Shown one piece after another: positions 46,422-56,618 of a stretch of DNA of 64,000 nucleotides. Origin of the DNA: an uncultured Planctomycetota bacterium (GTDB lineage: Bacteria > Planctomycetota > Planctomycetia > Isosphaerales > Isosphaeraceae); NCBI GenBank assembly GCA_963845755.1, contig CAWJTV010000019.1, positions 64,001 through 128,000 of the forward strand. Reading direction: 5' to 3'. The notes under the pieces were generated by a model. It had not been told where the DNA came from. It worked only from the letters and a program-made list of their open reading frames with translations, and searched no databases. Both the position numbers and the translations under genes were made by a program. Numbering within the stretch: position 1 is the first letter of the stretch; each line of letters begins with the position of its first letter.

Positions 46422-48149
46422 TCACGCTTCCATCCGCCCTACCTTTGTCTTGCGCAACAGACCCATCGGGACCAGCCCGATCGTCACGGCCAGGCAGGAT
46501 AAACCCAACCAATCGCCCCAGCGTGAGTAGTAGGTTGTGCGATCGTCGAGCGGCACGGTCGCAACGAGCACGTCTTCGATGCTCTTGGGGAGGACGGCGC
46601 GGATCTCGCCATTGCCGTCGACCAGGGCCGAGAGGCCCGTGTTGACCGCCCGCGCCAGGGGCACGCGGTGCTCGACGGTCCGGAACACGCTGATGGCCAG
46701 GTGCATGTCGAGCTCGGAGGAATCGGGATACCAGCCGTCATTCGAGAGGTTGATGAGCAGGTCGGGCTGGTGGGCCTGGTCCACGCCGGTGAAGAACTGG
46801 TTGATCACCTGGGGGATGGTATCCTCGAAGCAGATCGAGGCGGCGAACCGATAGCGGCCCAGCGGCAGGATCGCCGCGTCCTGGCCGAAGTTCAGATGGG
46901 GGATCTTGTCGCGATACGGAGTCAACGCCGCCAGCCACGGTAAAGCCTCGACGTACGGGATGAATTCGCCGAACGGGACCAGATGCATCTTGTGATAGTA
47001 GCGCGTGGTCGGGACCGACGGCTCGAAGAGGATCGCCGAGTTGTACGACTTGAGCCCATCTTTCTGGTGGTCGTCGACCCGCGTACCGACCAGCATCGGG
47101 ACGCGAAACGCCTCGGACAAGGCATGGAGGTCGTTCTCGACGGCCGACCGCTTGCTGAGCCAGGCGTCGACCGTGATCTTGGTCCGGGTGGGGATCGACT
47201 CAACCTGGCGTTTCAGCACCTCCGGCGCGACGGCCTCGTCGGCCATGATGTAGCCGAAGGGATACGCGGTCTCGGGCCAGACGATCAAGTCGGGGCGCGG
47301 CTCCCGCGACGCCGCCCTCTCGATCAGTTGAAGGAACCCGGTGCGGACCTCGTCGGGGTCCCGCTGGAACTTGTGTCCTTGCTTGTGGTTCGACTGCAAG
47401 AGTGCGACCCTGGGCCCCTCGCGGAACTGGGCGGTCGTGAGCCGGAACGACCCGTAGCCGAGTGTGGCGCCGACGAGGATCGTGATCGACCAGAGCCGGG
47501 CGAGGTGCCCCGACGTCAGGCTCGTCCCGCCCGGACTTCCGGCCCGGCGACGGAGCAGGGGGAGGGTCACCAGGTCGACCAGCCAGGCGTTGACGAACGC
47601 GATCAAGAAGCTAATCCCCAGCGATCCGGCGAAGTCGGCGATCTGGATGACGTAAAGAGACCGGTACTGGCTGTGAGCCAGGTAATACCAGGGGAACCCG
47701 GTGAGGAAGTAGGCCCGCATGTATTCGATGGCGACCCAGACGATCGGCGCGGCCTGGATCAGCGGGAGGCCGAGGCGGAAGTGCGCCCAGCGGGTCACGG
47801 CCAGGAACAGCAGCCACCAGAGCGAGAAGACCAGCGCCAGGACGACCCAGCCGATCCACGCCCCGGGGCCAATCAAACGGAGCCAGGGGACAGCCAGGGT
47901 CCAGAACACCAAGCCGCCCGCCCAGGCGGAGGCGTAGGTCTTCAGCGGCGACCCCTTGACCGTGGCGAGCCAGAAGAGGGGCGCCAGCGCGACCCACGCC
48001 AGCGGAGCCCATTCCATCGGCGGAAATGCCGTCCAGAGCAGGAGGCCGGAGGCCACTCCGGCAGCCAGGCGGTGGCGCAGCCATCGAGCCCCGGGCTCCG
48101 CGGCGCTGGCGGAGTGGGTTTCCCGATCCGGTGTGGCGACCGAAGTCAT
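46422..48149 (-). CDS. lnt: Apolipoprotein N-acyltransferase (copy 2)
   Basis: TGFPW, ALLQSN, WPETA, YHKMHLVPFGEF, ICFED, NLSNDGWY, RAVNTGLSA. Confidence 0.93.
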   Translation of the reverse strand: MTSVATPDRETHSASAAEPGARWLRHRLAAGVASGLLLWTAFPPMEWAPLAWVALAPLFWLATVKGSPLKTYASAWAGGLVFWTLAVPWLRLIGPGAWIGWVVLALVFSLWWLLFLAVTRWAHFRLGLPLIQAAPIVWVAIEYMRAYFLTGFPWYYLAHSQYRSLYVIQIADFAGSLGISFLIAFVNAWLVDLVTLPLLRRRAGSPGGTSLTSGHLARLWSITILVGATLGYGSFRLTTAQFREGPRVALLQSNHKQGHKFQRDPDEVRTGFLQLIERAASREPRPDLIVWPETAYPFGYIMADEAVAPEVLKRQVESIPTRTKITVDAWLSKRSAVENDLHALSEAFRVPMLVGTRVDDHQKDGLKSYNSAILFEPSVPTTRYYHKMHLVPFGEFIPYVEALPWLAALTPYRDKIPHLNFGQDAAILPLGRYRFAASICFEDTIPQVINQFFTGVDQAHQPDLLINLSNDGWYPDSSELDMHLAISVFRTVEHRVPLARAVNTGLSALVDGNGEIRAVLPKSIEDVLVATVPLDDRTTYYSRWGDWLGLSCLAVTIGLVPMGLLRKTKVGRMEA

Positions 48150-48292
48150 GAGTTCTTAATCCTTTGTCCCGGGTCCGTGGGCCTTGGACCTTCGTCGGAG
48201 GTCCGTGAGTCATTCGTGGTTCGCGGCTGGTTGTTGAAGGGCTGACCGAGGGGCTACATCAAAAAGGGGACCGGCACCCCCCCCAGCCCAGC

Positions 48293-49529
48293 TTACCGAG
48301 CCGGCAGGAAACCGACAATTTCACCCGGTTGGTAATCGCGATCTCCCGCGGGGAAGGCGGCGAAGCCATCGGCGTCGGCGGCAGTCCGCAAATCGGCCGA
48401 CCCGGCCCAGGCCAGGGTCTCGATCGCGATGGGCGACGGCCGGGTCCAGTTCGACGACCGAGCCCGCGATCACGCGGGCCGGATGGTAAGTCGGCCGGTC
48501 GCCGCGATGCCGGAAGCCTTGCGCGAGGCGTGCCTCGAGGGTCCCCGTCGCCGGCTGCGGGCGGCCGGCCAGGACGGCCAGAGCCGGCCGGACGAACAGC
48601 AGGAAGCCGACCAGTCCGCTGACGGGATTCCCCGGGAGTCCGAAGACCATCGGGCCGGGCCGGCCGGACCGCGCTGCGCCGATCCCGAACCAGATCGGCT
48701 TTCCCGGCTTCAAGCGGACCTTGTGAAAGACCCGCCGAACACCCAGATCCTCCAGGACCCCAGGAACCAGGTCGCGCTGGCCGGCCGATACGCCCCCTGT
48801 GATCATCAGCACATCAGAGTCCAGCCCACGTTCCAGGATTCGCCGCAACTCGACCGGCTCGTCGGGCGCCGTCGGCAACGACTCGGCATCGGCGCCCTCC
48901 TCGATCGCCAGGGCCTGGAGCATGATCGTGTTGGAATTGCGGATTTGCCCCGGACCGGGCGTCCGATCCGGCTCGACCAGCTCGTCGCCGGTCGGAACGA
49001 CGGCCACCCGGGGCCGCCGCACAACCCCGACCGGCGTCCGGCCGACCGAGGCCAGCACCCCCAGGTGCGCCGGCTTGAGAACGGTTCCCATGGTCAGGAC
49101 CACCTCGCCGGCGCGCATCTCCCGGCCGCGAGCCAGGATATTCTGGCCGGCGCGGACCTCGGGCTCCTCCGGCCAGACCGTCTCTCCCTCCCGTCGCGTC
49201 CGCTCGTGCATCACGACAGCGTCGCAGCCGGGCGGCACCGGGGCTCCCGTCATGATCACGGCCGCCTCGCGCGGACCCAGGGGCCGCGATGGCGTCTGCC
49301 CCGCGGTGATCGTCTCGCCGATCCGAAGCCGGCGATCCGCGCCGACCAGGTCGCCGGTCCGCAACGCGTAGCCGTTGACCAGCGACTTGTCGAAAGGAGG
49401 CAGGTCGATATCGGCCAAGACCTCCTCGGCCAGGACGCTCCGGATCGCCCGTTCCAGCGGCTCCGCCCGCGCGGGTAATCGCCGAGCTTGCTCCAGCACG
49501 GCTTGCAGGGCCTCTTCGACGGTTAACAT
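48293..49529 (-). CDS. moeA: Molybdopterin molybdotransferase, frameshift near 48430
   Basis: PPFDKSLVNGYA, IMTGAPVP, TGDEL, TGGVSAG, KPGKP, GLPGNPVS; corrected end GSADL..GEIVGFLPAR*. Confidence 0.93.
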
Positions 49530-49567
49530 CCCGTAAGTCCTTAGAACGTCGAAAACTTGGCGGGGAT

Positions 49568-49630
49568 CGGGAGGGCGAGGCTCCGTCCGAGCCGCGTTCT
49601 TCCAGGCACGGACGGAGCCTCGCCCTCCCG
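49568..49630. repeat. REP-like palindrome
   Basis: CGGGAGGGCGAGGCTCCGTCCG..CGGACGGAGCCTCGCCCTCCCG between trpG and moeA. Confidence 0.88.
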
Positions 49631-49695
49631 GACATCTCGTTGTGTATGGGGCCTCTTAGAACCAAGCAGGGTCGGTGAAACCCGGCGAGAATTTC

Positions 49696-50268
49696 TCAAG
49701 GACCAGCCAGGAAATTCTTGAGCAGCTTGTTGCCCTCGAGCGTGAGAAAGCTCTCGGGGTGGAACTGGACGCCTTCGACCGGAAACCGCTGGTGTCGCAC
49801 GCCCATGATCTCGCCCTGGTCGGTCCAGGCGACGATTTCCAGGTCCTGCGGCAGTGTACCCGGCTGAATCACCAGGCTGTGATAGCGGGTGGCTTCGAAC
49901 GGGTTGGACAGCCCGCGATAGATGCTGCGGCCGTCGTGATGAATCCACGAGGTCTTGCCATGCATGATTCGGTCGGCCCGGACGACGTGCGCGCCGAGGC
50001 TGTGCCCGATGCACTGGTGGCCCAGGCAGACGCCCAGCAGGGGGATCCTCGGGCCGAACCGCGCGACAACCTCATTGGAGATCCCCGCCTCGCGCGGCGT
50101 ACAGGGTCCGGGCGAGATGATCAGCCGGCTGGGACCGGCCGCCTCGATCTCCTCGAGCGTGACCTGATCGTTCCGGACCACTCGCAGGTCGAGCCCGGCG
50201 TCGATCTCCCCGAGCCGCTGGACCAGGTTATAGGTGAACGAATCGTAGTTATCAATCAGGAGAATCAA
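49696..50268 (-). CDS. trpG: Anthranilate/aminodeoxychorismate synthase component II (glutamine amidotransferase; TrpG/PabA)
   Basis: MILLIDNYDSFTYNL, ISPGPC, GVCLGHQ, TRYHSL, GVQFHPES. Confidence 0.93.
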   Translation of the reverse strand: MILLIDNYDSFTYNLVQRLGEIDAGLDLRVVRNDQVTLEEIEAAGPSRLIISPGPCTPREAGISNEVVARFGPRIPLLGVCLGHQCIGHSLGAHVVRADRIMHGKTSWIHHDGRSIYRGLSNPFEATRYHSLVIQPGTLPQDLEIVAWTDQGEIMGVRHQRFPVEGVQFHPESFLTLEGNKLLKNFLAGP

Positions 50269-50400
50269 AGTTTTGAATCCTTAACGCAGACGGCAGGAAT
50301 CCCTTGACCCGCGATACCGTTGTACTCAGCTTGATCGTGATCTTGCGATTCCGTAACCCCGTCCATCAGAGGGCCGTTACGTCCGGCAGCGGCCCGGCCA

Positions 50401-50610
50401 GCACAATCGATACATCCCCTACAATTGTGGCTTCGTTCGCGCAGTTTCCCGCCGCGGCAACCTGGCTTCGTTCGCGCGATTTCGATGCCGAGGGCGAGTT
50501 GGCCCGCACAATCGGTATATTCGCTACAATTGTGGCTTCGTTTTCGCGGTTTTCCATTCCGGGGGTTCATGGGTTCGTTCGCGCGGTCTCGATGTCAAAT
50601 GATGTCAAAT
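50401..50610. repeat. Short dispersed repeat cluster
   Basis: TGG(C/G)TTCGTT at 50428, 50463, 50533 and 50570; ~40-bp unit GCACAATCG..CTACAATTGTGGCTTCGTT at 50401 and 50506 (105-bp period); GATGTCAAAT twice. Confidence 0.8.
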
Positions 50611-51546
50611 TCAGGCAGGGTGCCCTCCGCTCGCGATACTGTGGATGCACAAACCAACGCTTTCACAGAATAAGCCTACACCCGCCGGTCGCCTTCAGGA
50701 AGGCTTCGAACGCGGTTTCGGACGCGACGTGCAGGCCCTCGGCTGGCTTGAGTCCGCTGGTGGTCCGGTTGTTCCACTGGCAGTCGCGCGGGTGAGGGGG
50801 GTTCTCCAATCCTGGAGACATCTTCCTGGCATTGGGCTCGCTGGCACTCGTTGGCAACATACCGCCGAGGGCCTGTCTCGATGGCTCTGCTCGTCTCAGT
50901 CAGCCCGAAACCCGAGTTGGCTGCCCTCGAGAGGCCAGGAGATGACAGGGATCGACCAAGGGAACTCCGATGACGAGGAGTGGGGTTCGAACACGCGGGC
51001 GCAGTGCCATGGGCCCGACCGACAGCCGCGGATGACTTCGCCCAGCGTCACGTATCTATTAGTATGCCTCAGCTCGCGAATTTCTTTAATGCACCTACGG
51101 AGTGATTGGGTCATTCCTTTGTCGCAACTCCTGTCACAACCACGACATGAAAAAAACCAAAAAAATTTCAAGTCGGGAGATTGGCTTACCAACTCCGGGC
51201 CGATCCACGGCTCCCGTCCCGAGCCTGTGGGGACGAAACAGGTGCCGACGAGGGTCTGGCCGTTGTGGGTTGAACACGGCCACGCTCAACCGGTCGTTGG
51301 TATCGTCCCACCGGGGTGGATAAAGGTTGTTGTTCAAGAAGGCCATGGTCGGTCCCAGCGGAGCCGCCTTTTGAGAGGTGGTGTAGCGGGGAACCGTCAA
51401 GCGTTCGATCGGCCGGATCAGATCGAGGTTCTCGGTCGGATGCTCGGCAAAGCCGCCACGGATGCGAGTTATCATATATTAATCACTGCGGCTCTCGCGG
51501 CGTCGGCCTTGGGGATAGCGGGCCAGTGATTCAGGATACTCGTCCG

Positions 51547-52359
51547 TCAGCTTTGCCCTTTCGGGTCGAACTGGGATCTGGAGGAGTCGCCGGTGAACTG
51601 GAAGCGGTAGGCCCCCGCCGCTTTGCCGGTCGGGCCGATGACCGAATAGAGGGCCAGGTAGCCCGCCTCATAGGGGAAGGTACCCTCGAGGACGATCGCC
51701 TCGTGGAGTAGGTTGCCGGTCTTGCCCTCCCCAATCGCCCCGACCAGCCCTTGCTGGCTCAGTTGACGAGCGGCGTGTCGTTCGGCCCATTGCCGACCGA
51801 GCTCGATGAGGTCGTCCAGGGCCTCTCCTTCCGGGTCCGTCACCCGGACCTCTCCCGACCCGGCCGGTTCGCCGAGTTCCCGGCTGTCAAACAGTTCGAA
51901 CCGGCGTTCCGCGAACGGTTCCACGAGTTGACCGGACGCGCACATCCATTCCACGGCCTCCAGCACGTCTCGGCCCAGGTCGAAGATGTTCTCGCTTTCG
52001 TGCGGCAGGACGAAGAGGCGATCCGGTCGCCCCGGGTGAAAGATGAGCTCATCGCCGTTGACCGTGTCGCCGAGGACGACGCATTCCGGGGCTCGCTCCC
52101 GGGGCAGCAGCTCCTTGCCCTCATCCCAGAACCAGTATTTCTTGATGCGTGCGCGCCATGGGGACAGCTCCTTCTCGATCCGCCAGGGGGGATAGATCCG
52201 GACCATTGATCCGCCCAGGACGCCCTCGCCGAGGCGCGTGACATACTCACGATAGCCCTCGGGGAACCGGATCCAGTGCTTCGCCTCGAGGGCGTCAACG
52301 TCGGCTTCCATCGCCAGAACCAGCGGGCCGCCGATGATCTCAACGTCGCCGATCTTCAT
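51547..52359 (-). CDS. SMI1/KNR4 (SUKH) family protein
   Basis: EADVDALEAKHWIRFPEGYREYVTRLGEG N-terminal motif; VLGDTVNGDELIF. Confidence 0.8.
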   Translation of the reverse strand: MKIGDVEIIGGPLVLAMEADVDALEAKHWIRFPEGYREYVTRLGEGVLGGSMVRIYPPWRIEKELSPWRARIKKYWFWDEGKELLPRERAPECVVLGDTVNGDELIFHPGRPDRLFVLPHESENIFDLGRDVLEAVEWMCASGQLVEPFAERRFELFDSRELGEPAGSGEVRVTDPEGEALDDLIELGRQWAERHAARQLSQQGLVGAIGEGKTGNLLHEAIVLEGTFPYEAGYLALYSVIGPTGKAAGAYRFQFTGDSSRSQFDPKGQS

Positions 52360-52550
52360 GGTCTGTCCCCCGATTTGATCGCTCTCACGCCGTTGCGCTG
52401 TCGCTACGGACGGTCCTGAACCTCTACGTCGCATCAATCTATCGGTTCCATCGGGGATAAGGAAGTCCCGGGCCGTGGTAACCCCTCGATCGGTCCCTTC
52501 ATGCCGGTACATGGCCTGCTCCCCATTTCTTGGTCCAGTGATAATGGGAA

Positions 52551-53452
52551 TCACCTGTTCGTTGATGCAGCAGACGAGGGATCGGGCAGATCTTCATCGA
52601 TAGGCACATACCTCTCACAAGTGGCCGCGAATTCGGCCGGTGTCTGGTATCCCAGAGAACTGTGTGGGCGTTCGGTATTGTACTCCTCCTTCCAGAGCGC
52701 GCCCAAGGCCCTGGCCTGCGGTTCGCTCTCGAACTCCTCGCGGTTCAGGAACTCGTCACGGACCTTGCTATGAAACGACTCCGCATAGCCGTTCTGCCAG
52801 GGGCTGCCCGGCGCCACGGGCCAGGTCCCGGAGCCGGTGTCCTCCAGCCACGACCGCACGACTTCGGCAACGAACTCCGGTCCGTTGTCGCTCCGCATCC
52901 GGCAGGGCGGGCCGCCGCGACCGGCCGCGACCTCGGCCAGGATGGCCCGGATGTCCTCGGCCGTCATGTTCCGGCGCGCTCCAACGCCAGACATTCTCGA
53001 GTATACTCATCAATAATTCTCAACCACTTGAGACTGCGACCGTCGTTATTACGATCGAAGATAAAGTCCCATGTCCATACGTAGTCTTTGCCGCGCGAGG
53101 GTCGGAGATGGCAGGCGTTCTGGTCCTGTCCATGCGGGCGGCGCGGCTTGGGATTGGGCCGCGGTACAGCCACTCTCAGCCCCAGCTCGCGATAGAGGCG
53201 ACGCACGGCTTTCTTGTTGACCGTCCAGCCCTCGCGATCGAGCAGGACCCAGATCCGCCGGTAGCCGAACCGCGGGTGGTCCCCGGCCAGTCCTTCGATG
53301 CGTCGCGCCAACGCCGTCTGCTCATCGCGCACGACCGGCGCGTAGCAGAGGCCGGACCGGGCCAGGTCCAGCGCCCGCGCCACGCGACGTTGAGATACGT
53401 GGAATTCTTCACATAATTCGTTGACGATCAGACGGCGTCTGAGGGCGGTCAC
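52551..53452 (-). pseudogene. IS3 orfB DDE transposase, frameshift near 52980
   Basis: HPRFGYRRI, WTWDF, IIDEYTRECLA, RSDNGPEF, PGSPWQNGYAESF, YNTERPHSSLGYQTP. Confidence 0.92.
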
Positions 53453-53724
53453 GGCTTTTTTTTCAAGGCCTCCTGGAGCATGCGGCGGTCGAGCGCCAGC
53501 TCGGCGACCAGGAGCTTGATCCTATCGACATCGGCTTCGAGTTCTGAAATGCGAAGTTATTCACTTGATACGGGGTCCTCCTGGAGGGCCTTCCAGCGGT
53601 CGTAGGTGGTGGGTCCGATGCCGGCCTTGCGGCAGGCCTGGTGGAGGGTCAAGCCGGCGTCGAGGTCGGCCTGGAAGCCTCGAAGGATGGATGCAATCTG
53701 GTCCGGTCGGGGTCGTTTTCGCAT
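53449..53724 (-). pseudogene. IS3 orfA with an internal TAA
   Basis: MRKRPRPDQIASIL..QACRKAGIGPTTYDRWK..SE*LRISELEADVDRIKLLVAELALDRRMLQEALKKKP. Confidence 0.85.
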
Positions 53725-53818
53725 GGGTCGCTCCCTGGCTCTCTGCCAGTTGTACGATTCCCATTAAGACTGGACCAGGTTTTGGGGGGCAGGCCACATC
53801 GATCGGATCAAGACGACG

Positions 53819-53872
53819 GTCGCCTTATATCCCCATGGCTAAAGCCAGGGGCTTTACGGCGACACTTGGTAA
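53819..53872 (+). mobile_element. Probable orphan right end of an IS200/IS605-type (tnpB) element
   Basis: GTCGCCTTATATCCCCATGGCTAAAGCCAGGGGCTTTACGGCGACACTTGGTAA nested hairpin resembles the sequence that follows tnpB in these elements; no tnpB in the window. Confidence 0.65.
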
Positions 53873-54103
53873 GGACTCCGAGAGTAATCGTAGGGATCGT
53901 AACGCCCAATCCGCCGGCCGGCGAGAGAATCGGAGTCGGCTCGCCGGCCGGCGAGCCGGGGAGGTGCTAAACTTGGTGGCGTCGTATGCACGAGCGGAGC
54001 GATGTCCTCGATCGCGTTGTGTCTCGGCACGACGTCCTCGCGCGTGAGCGGTCACGAAGCGGGGCGGATTTCGCCGCCAGGGAGCCCGGCAAGGAGGATT
54101 ATA

Positions 54104-54616
54104 ATGACGGCCGCCTTCGTCGCAGTGAGCTTGAGCTTGGCCATCCACGCGACCGGACAGGGCTATGCGCCCCAGTCAGTCCCCTATTATTACCGATACC
54201 AGACCAAACCCCACCGACAACCCCGTCATATCCTGCCCCCCGGCCCCGGCGACGGTTGGGATTTCCCCAATGACGCACGTGATGGTTATGGGTGGTCGGA
54301 TTACGGCCCCTACTTGCCGCTGAACGGCGACCGCAACGCCGACTATTACTTCCCCCGCTACTTCGCCGTACCACCCGAGCAAATGTTCCTGCAAACCTAT
54401 TACAACCCCTACGAGACCCGGGGCCAGCGTTATCTCCCCTATGTGGCCGACGGCGGTGCGCATCCGGCCGGAGGGCCGCCTCCCGGCCCGGCCGATCTGC
54501 CGGTTTCTCCTTATGCGGCGGAGACCGGTACCAAGCCCGTGACGACCATTCCCCGCCTCAACGGTCACACGCAAGCGACGACCATCGGATCGGGAACCTC
54601 CGGACTCACGCCCTGA
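54104..54616 (+). CDS. Secreted Tyr/Pro/Gly-rich hypothetical protein
   Basis: AGGAGG RBS, signal peptide MTAAFVAVSLSLAIHATGQ, 170 aa. Confidence 0.75.
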   Translation: MTAAFVAVSLSLAIHATGQGYAPQSVPYYYRYQTKPHRQPRHILPPGPGDGWDFPNDARDGYGWSDYGPYLPLNGDRNADYYFPRYFAVPPEQMFLQTYYNPYETRGQRYLPYVADGGAHPAGGPPPGPADLPVSPYAAETGTKPVTTIPRLNGHTQATTIGSGTSGLTP

Positions 54617-55448
54617 GACGCTGTGAAATCGTCGATTCAGAATAACAAACGCAAGAATCCAGACGCGCACAAGCCCCTGATAGCCAGGGACTTACGTGCA
54701 TTGGATATCGAATGCTTTTTGCGATTCTTTCACAAACTCTGAGGACCCCTCCTGGGCCACGGAGGATCGGCGAAGGCGAGGAAGCCGGCCCGCGCCATAC
54801 TCGCTCAGCATCATCATGGCTAACATAAGTTCACTTTCGCTCCCGACTCACAGGCCGGAGGGCGGCGATGAGGGCCGCGCCGATCCCTCTCGGCCGTCTC
54901 CAACCCCCACCCATCTCCGTGCCACCGCTTGTCAAAGACGCCGGTGTTCTTTAGCATGGGTGGTCGCGGTTGGGGAAGTCGGGAACGCGCCGGAGGCTGC
55001 GGTCCCGGCACCGTGCTGGGGATTGAACCGATCGTTTTTTTATCAATCGAACCATCCGTGGGCTTTGAGCGTAGCATGCGCTACGCATACCGCTCCCGGG
55101 GATAGATGCGGAATCTCCTCAGATTCGATCCCTCACCTCCTCGAGGCGGTACTCGGCGCAGGATTGATTCCCGGATCAGGCGGGTCTGATGGAGAACCGC
55201 CCCCTTCGCTGAGGATGGATCGAGTCCGCAAGCACCACCGTCCGCGACGATCGGCCTGCGAGCGAAGTGGCGGACGATACAGTTGTTCCCGTTATCTCGG
55301 CCTTGCGACGTTTCTTTCGATTCTTCGACTCTCTTACGCCGGTCACCGCCCGACCCGAGGCGCGGCCGAATTCAACGGCCGGTCGCCGTGGGGAGTCGTC
55401 GCTACGGTTCTTCTTCGTCATCCATCATGAGTATAAGGCGCCTGCGTA

Positions 55449-56387
55449 ATGAGCCATGAAGTCATCATCGAGACGAGAAACCTGACCAAGGTCTACCGCG
55501 ATTTCTGGGGTCGCCCGAAGGTCCAGGCTCTCAAGGCTCTCGACCTTCAAGTGTATCGGGGCGAGATCTTCGGCTTGCTCGGGCCCAACGGTTCCGGGAA
55601 GACGACGACGATCAAACTGCTCCTGGGTCTGCTGTTCGCGACCGAGGGGGAGTCCCTGATCTTCAACGAGCCCACGACCAACGTCGCGAAGAACGAGCGG
55701 ATCGGCTACCTGCCCGAGGAGTCGTATCTGTACAAGTTCTTGAACGCCGAGGAGACGCTTCAATTCTACGGACGGCTGTTCAAGATCTCCGCTGCGGAAC
55801 GCAACAAACGCGTGGGCCGTCTGATCGACATGGTCGGCCTGACCGCGGCCAAGCACCGTCAGCTCCGCGAGTATTCCAAGGGAATGCAGCGCCGGATCGG
55901 GCTGGCCCAGGCCCTGATCAACAACCCGGAACTCATCCTGCTCGACGAACCGACCTCCGGCCTGGACCCGATCGGCACCGCCGAGATCAAGCAACTGATC
56001 CGCGATCTGCGCGAGCAGGGCAAGACGATCGTGCTCTCCGGCCACCTGCTGGCCGACATGCAGGACATCTGCGACCGGATCGCCATCCTGCACCGCGGTG
56101 AGCTCAAGGAGATCGGCCGGGTCTCCGACCTGCTGACCGTTCAGGACGTCACCCAGATCAAGGTGCGGAACCTTTCCGCCGCGGCGCTGGACGAGGTGCG
56201 CGATGTCCTCGTGCGCCACGGAGGCGAGGATATCTCGGTCGACCACCCCACCACGACGCTGGAAGAGCTGTTCCTCCGGATCGTGCACGAGAGCGAGCTG
56301 CACCCGGGTCGACGCAAGGTGGCCCACGACGCCGGGCGGCCGACGAGCCCTGCGCAGGACCAGTTGGCGACACCGATGAAGACCTGA
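55449..56387 (+). CDS. ABC transporter ATP-binding protein (exporter type)
   Basis: [28 protein letters not shown]. Confidence 0.96.
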   Translation: MSHEVIIETRNLTKVYRDFWGRPKVQALKALDLQVYRGEIFGLLGPNGSGKTTTIKLLLGLLFATEGESLIFNEPTTNVAKNERIGYLPEESYLYKFLNAEETLQFYGRLFKISAAERNKRVGRLIDMVGLTAAKHRQLREYSKGMQRRIGLAQALINNPELILLDEPTSGLDPIGTAEIKQLIRDLREQGKTIVLSGHLLADMQDICDRIAILHRGELKEIGRVSDLLTVQDVTQIKVRNLSAAALDEVRDVLVRHGGEDISVDHPTTTLEELFLRIVHESELHPGRRKVAHDAGRPTSPAQDQLATPMKT

Positions 56388-56395
56388 CTCTCACG

Positions 56396-56590
56396 GAAGG
56401 CTGAAGGCTGAAGGATGAGTCAGAGACCTCGTCCCCGGGGCATCGACGCCGGCCTGCCCAGGCCGGGCTCGAGAGGTTCGGGATGCCTGGACCTGGCGTC
56501 GAGCCGGCGTTCTCCTCCTTCATCCTTCCGAGCTTGAATCCTTCAACTTTCCGATTATTGATTCTTTCATCCTTGATCCTTCATCCTTCT
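56396..56590. repeat. Intergenic heptamer repeats in inverted arrangement
   Basis: GAAGGCT-GAAGGCT-GAAGGAT at the 5' end; TTCATCC-TTGATCC-TTCATCC at the 3' end. Confidence 0.65.
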
Positions 56591-56618
56591 GAGCGCCTGA
56601 CGAGGAGCACCTCTGCCG

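Larger units (their letters stand above)
52512..53796 (-). mobile_element. IS3-family insertion sequence, decayed
   Basis: 41-bp imperfect terminal IRs with TG..CA ends (TGGCCTGCTCCCCATTTCTTGGTCCAGTGATAATGGGAATC / TGGCCTGCCCCCCAAAACCTGGTCCAGTCTTAATGGGAATC); orfA/orfB layout; A8G slippery site at 53455-53463. Confidence 0.95.

Noticed and set aside
50401..50590. CRISPR mini-array or attC cassette array
   Set aside because: Repeats are short and irregularly spaced, and the intervening sequence is itself duplicated
50645..51529. 294-aa ORF and overlapping minus-strand ORFs as genes
   Set aside because: No recognisable motifs and atypical composition; not supportable without a search
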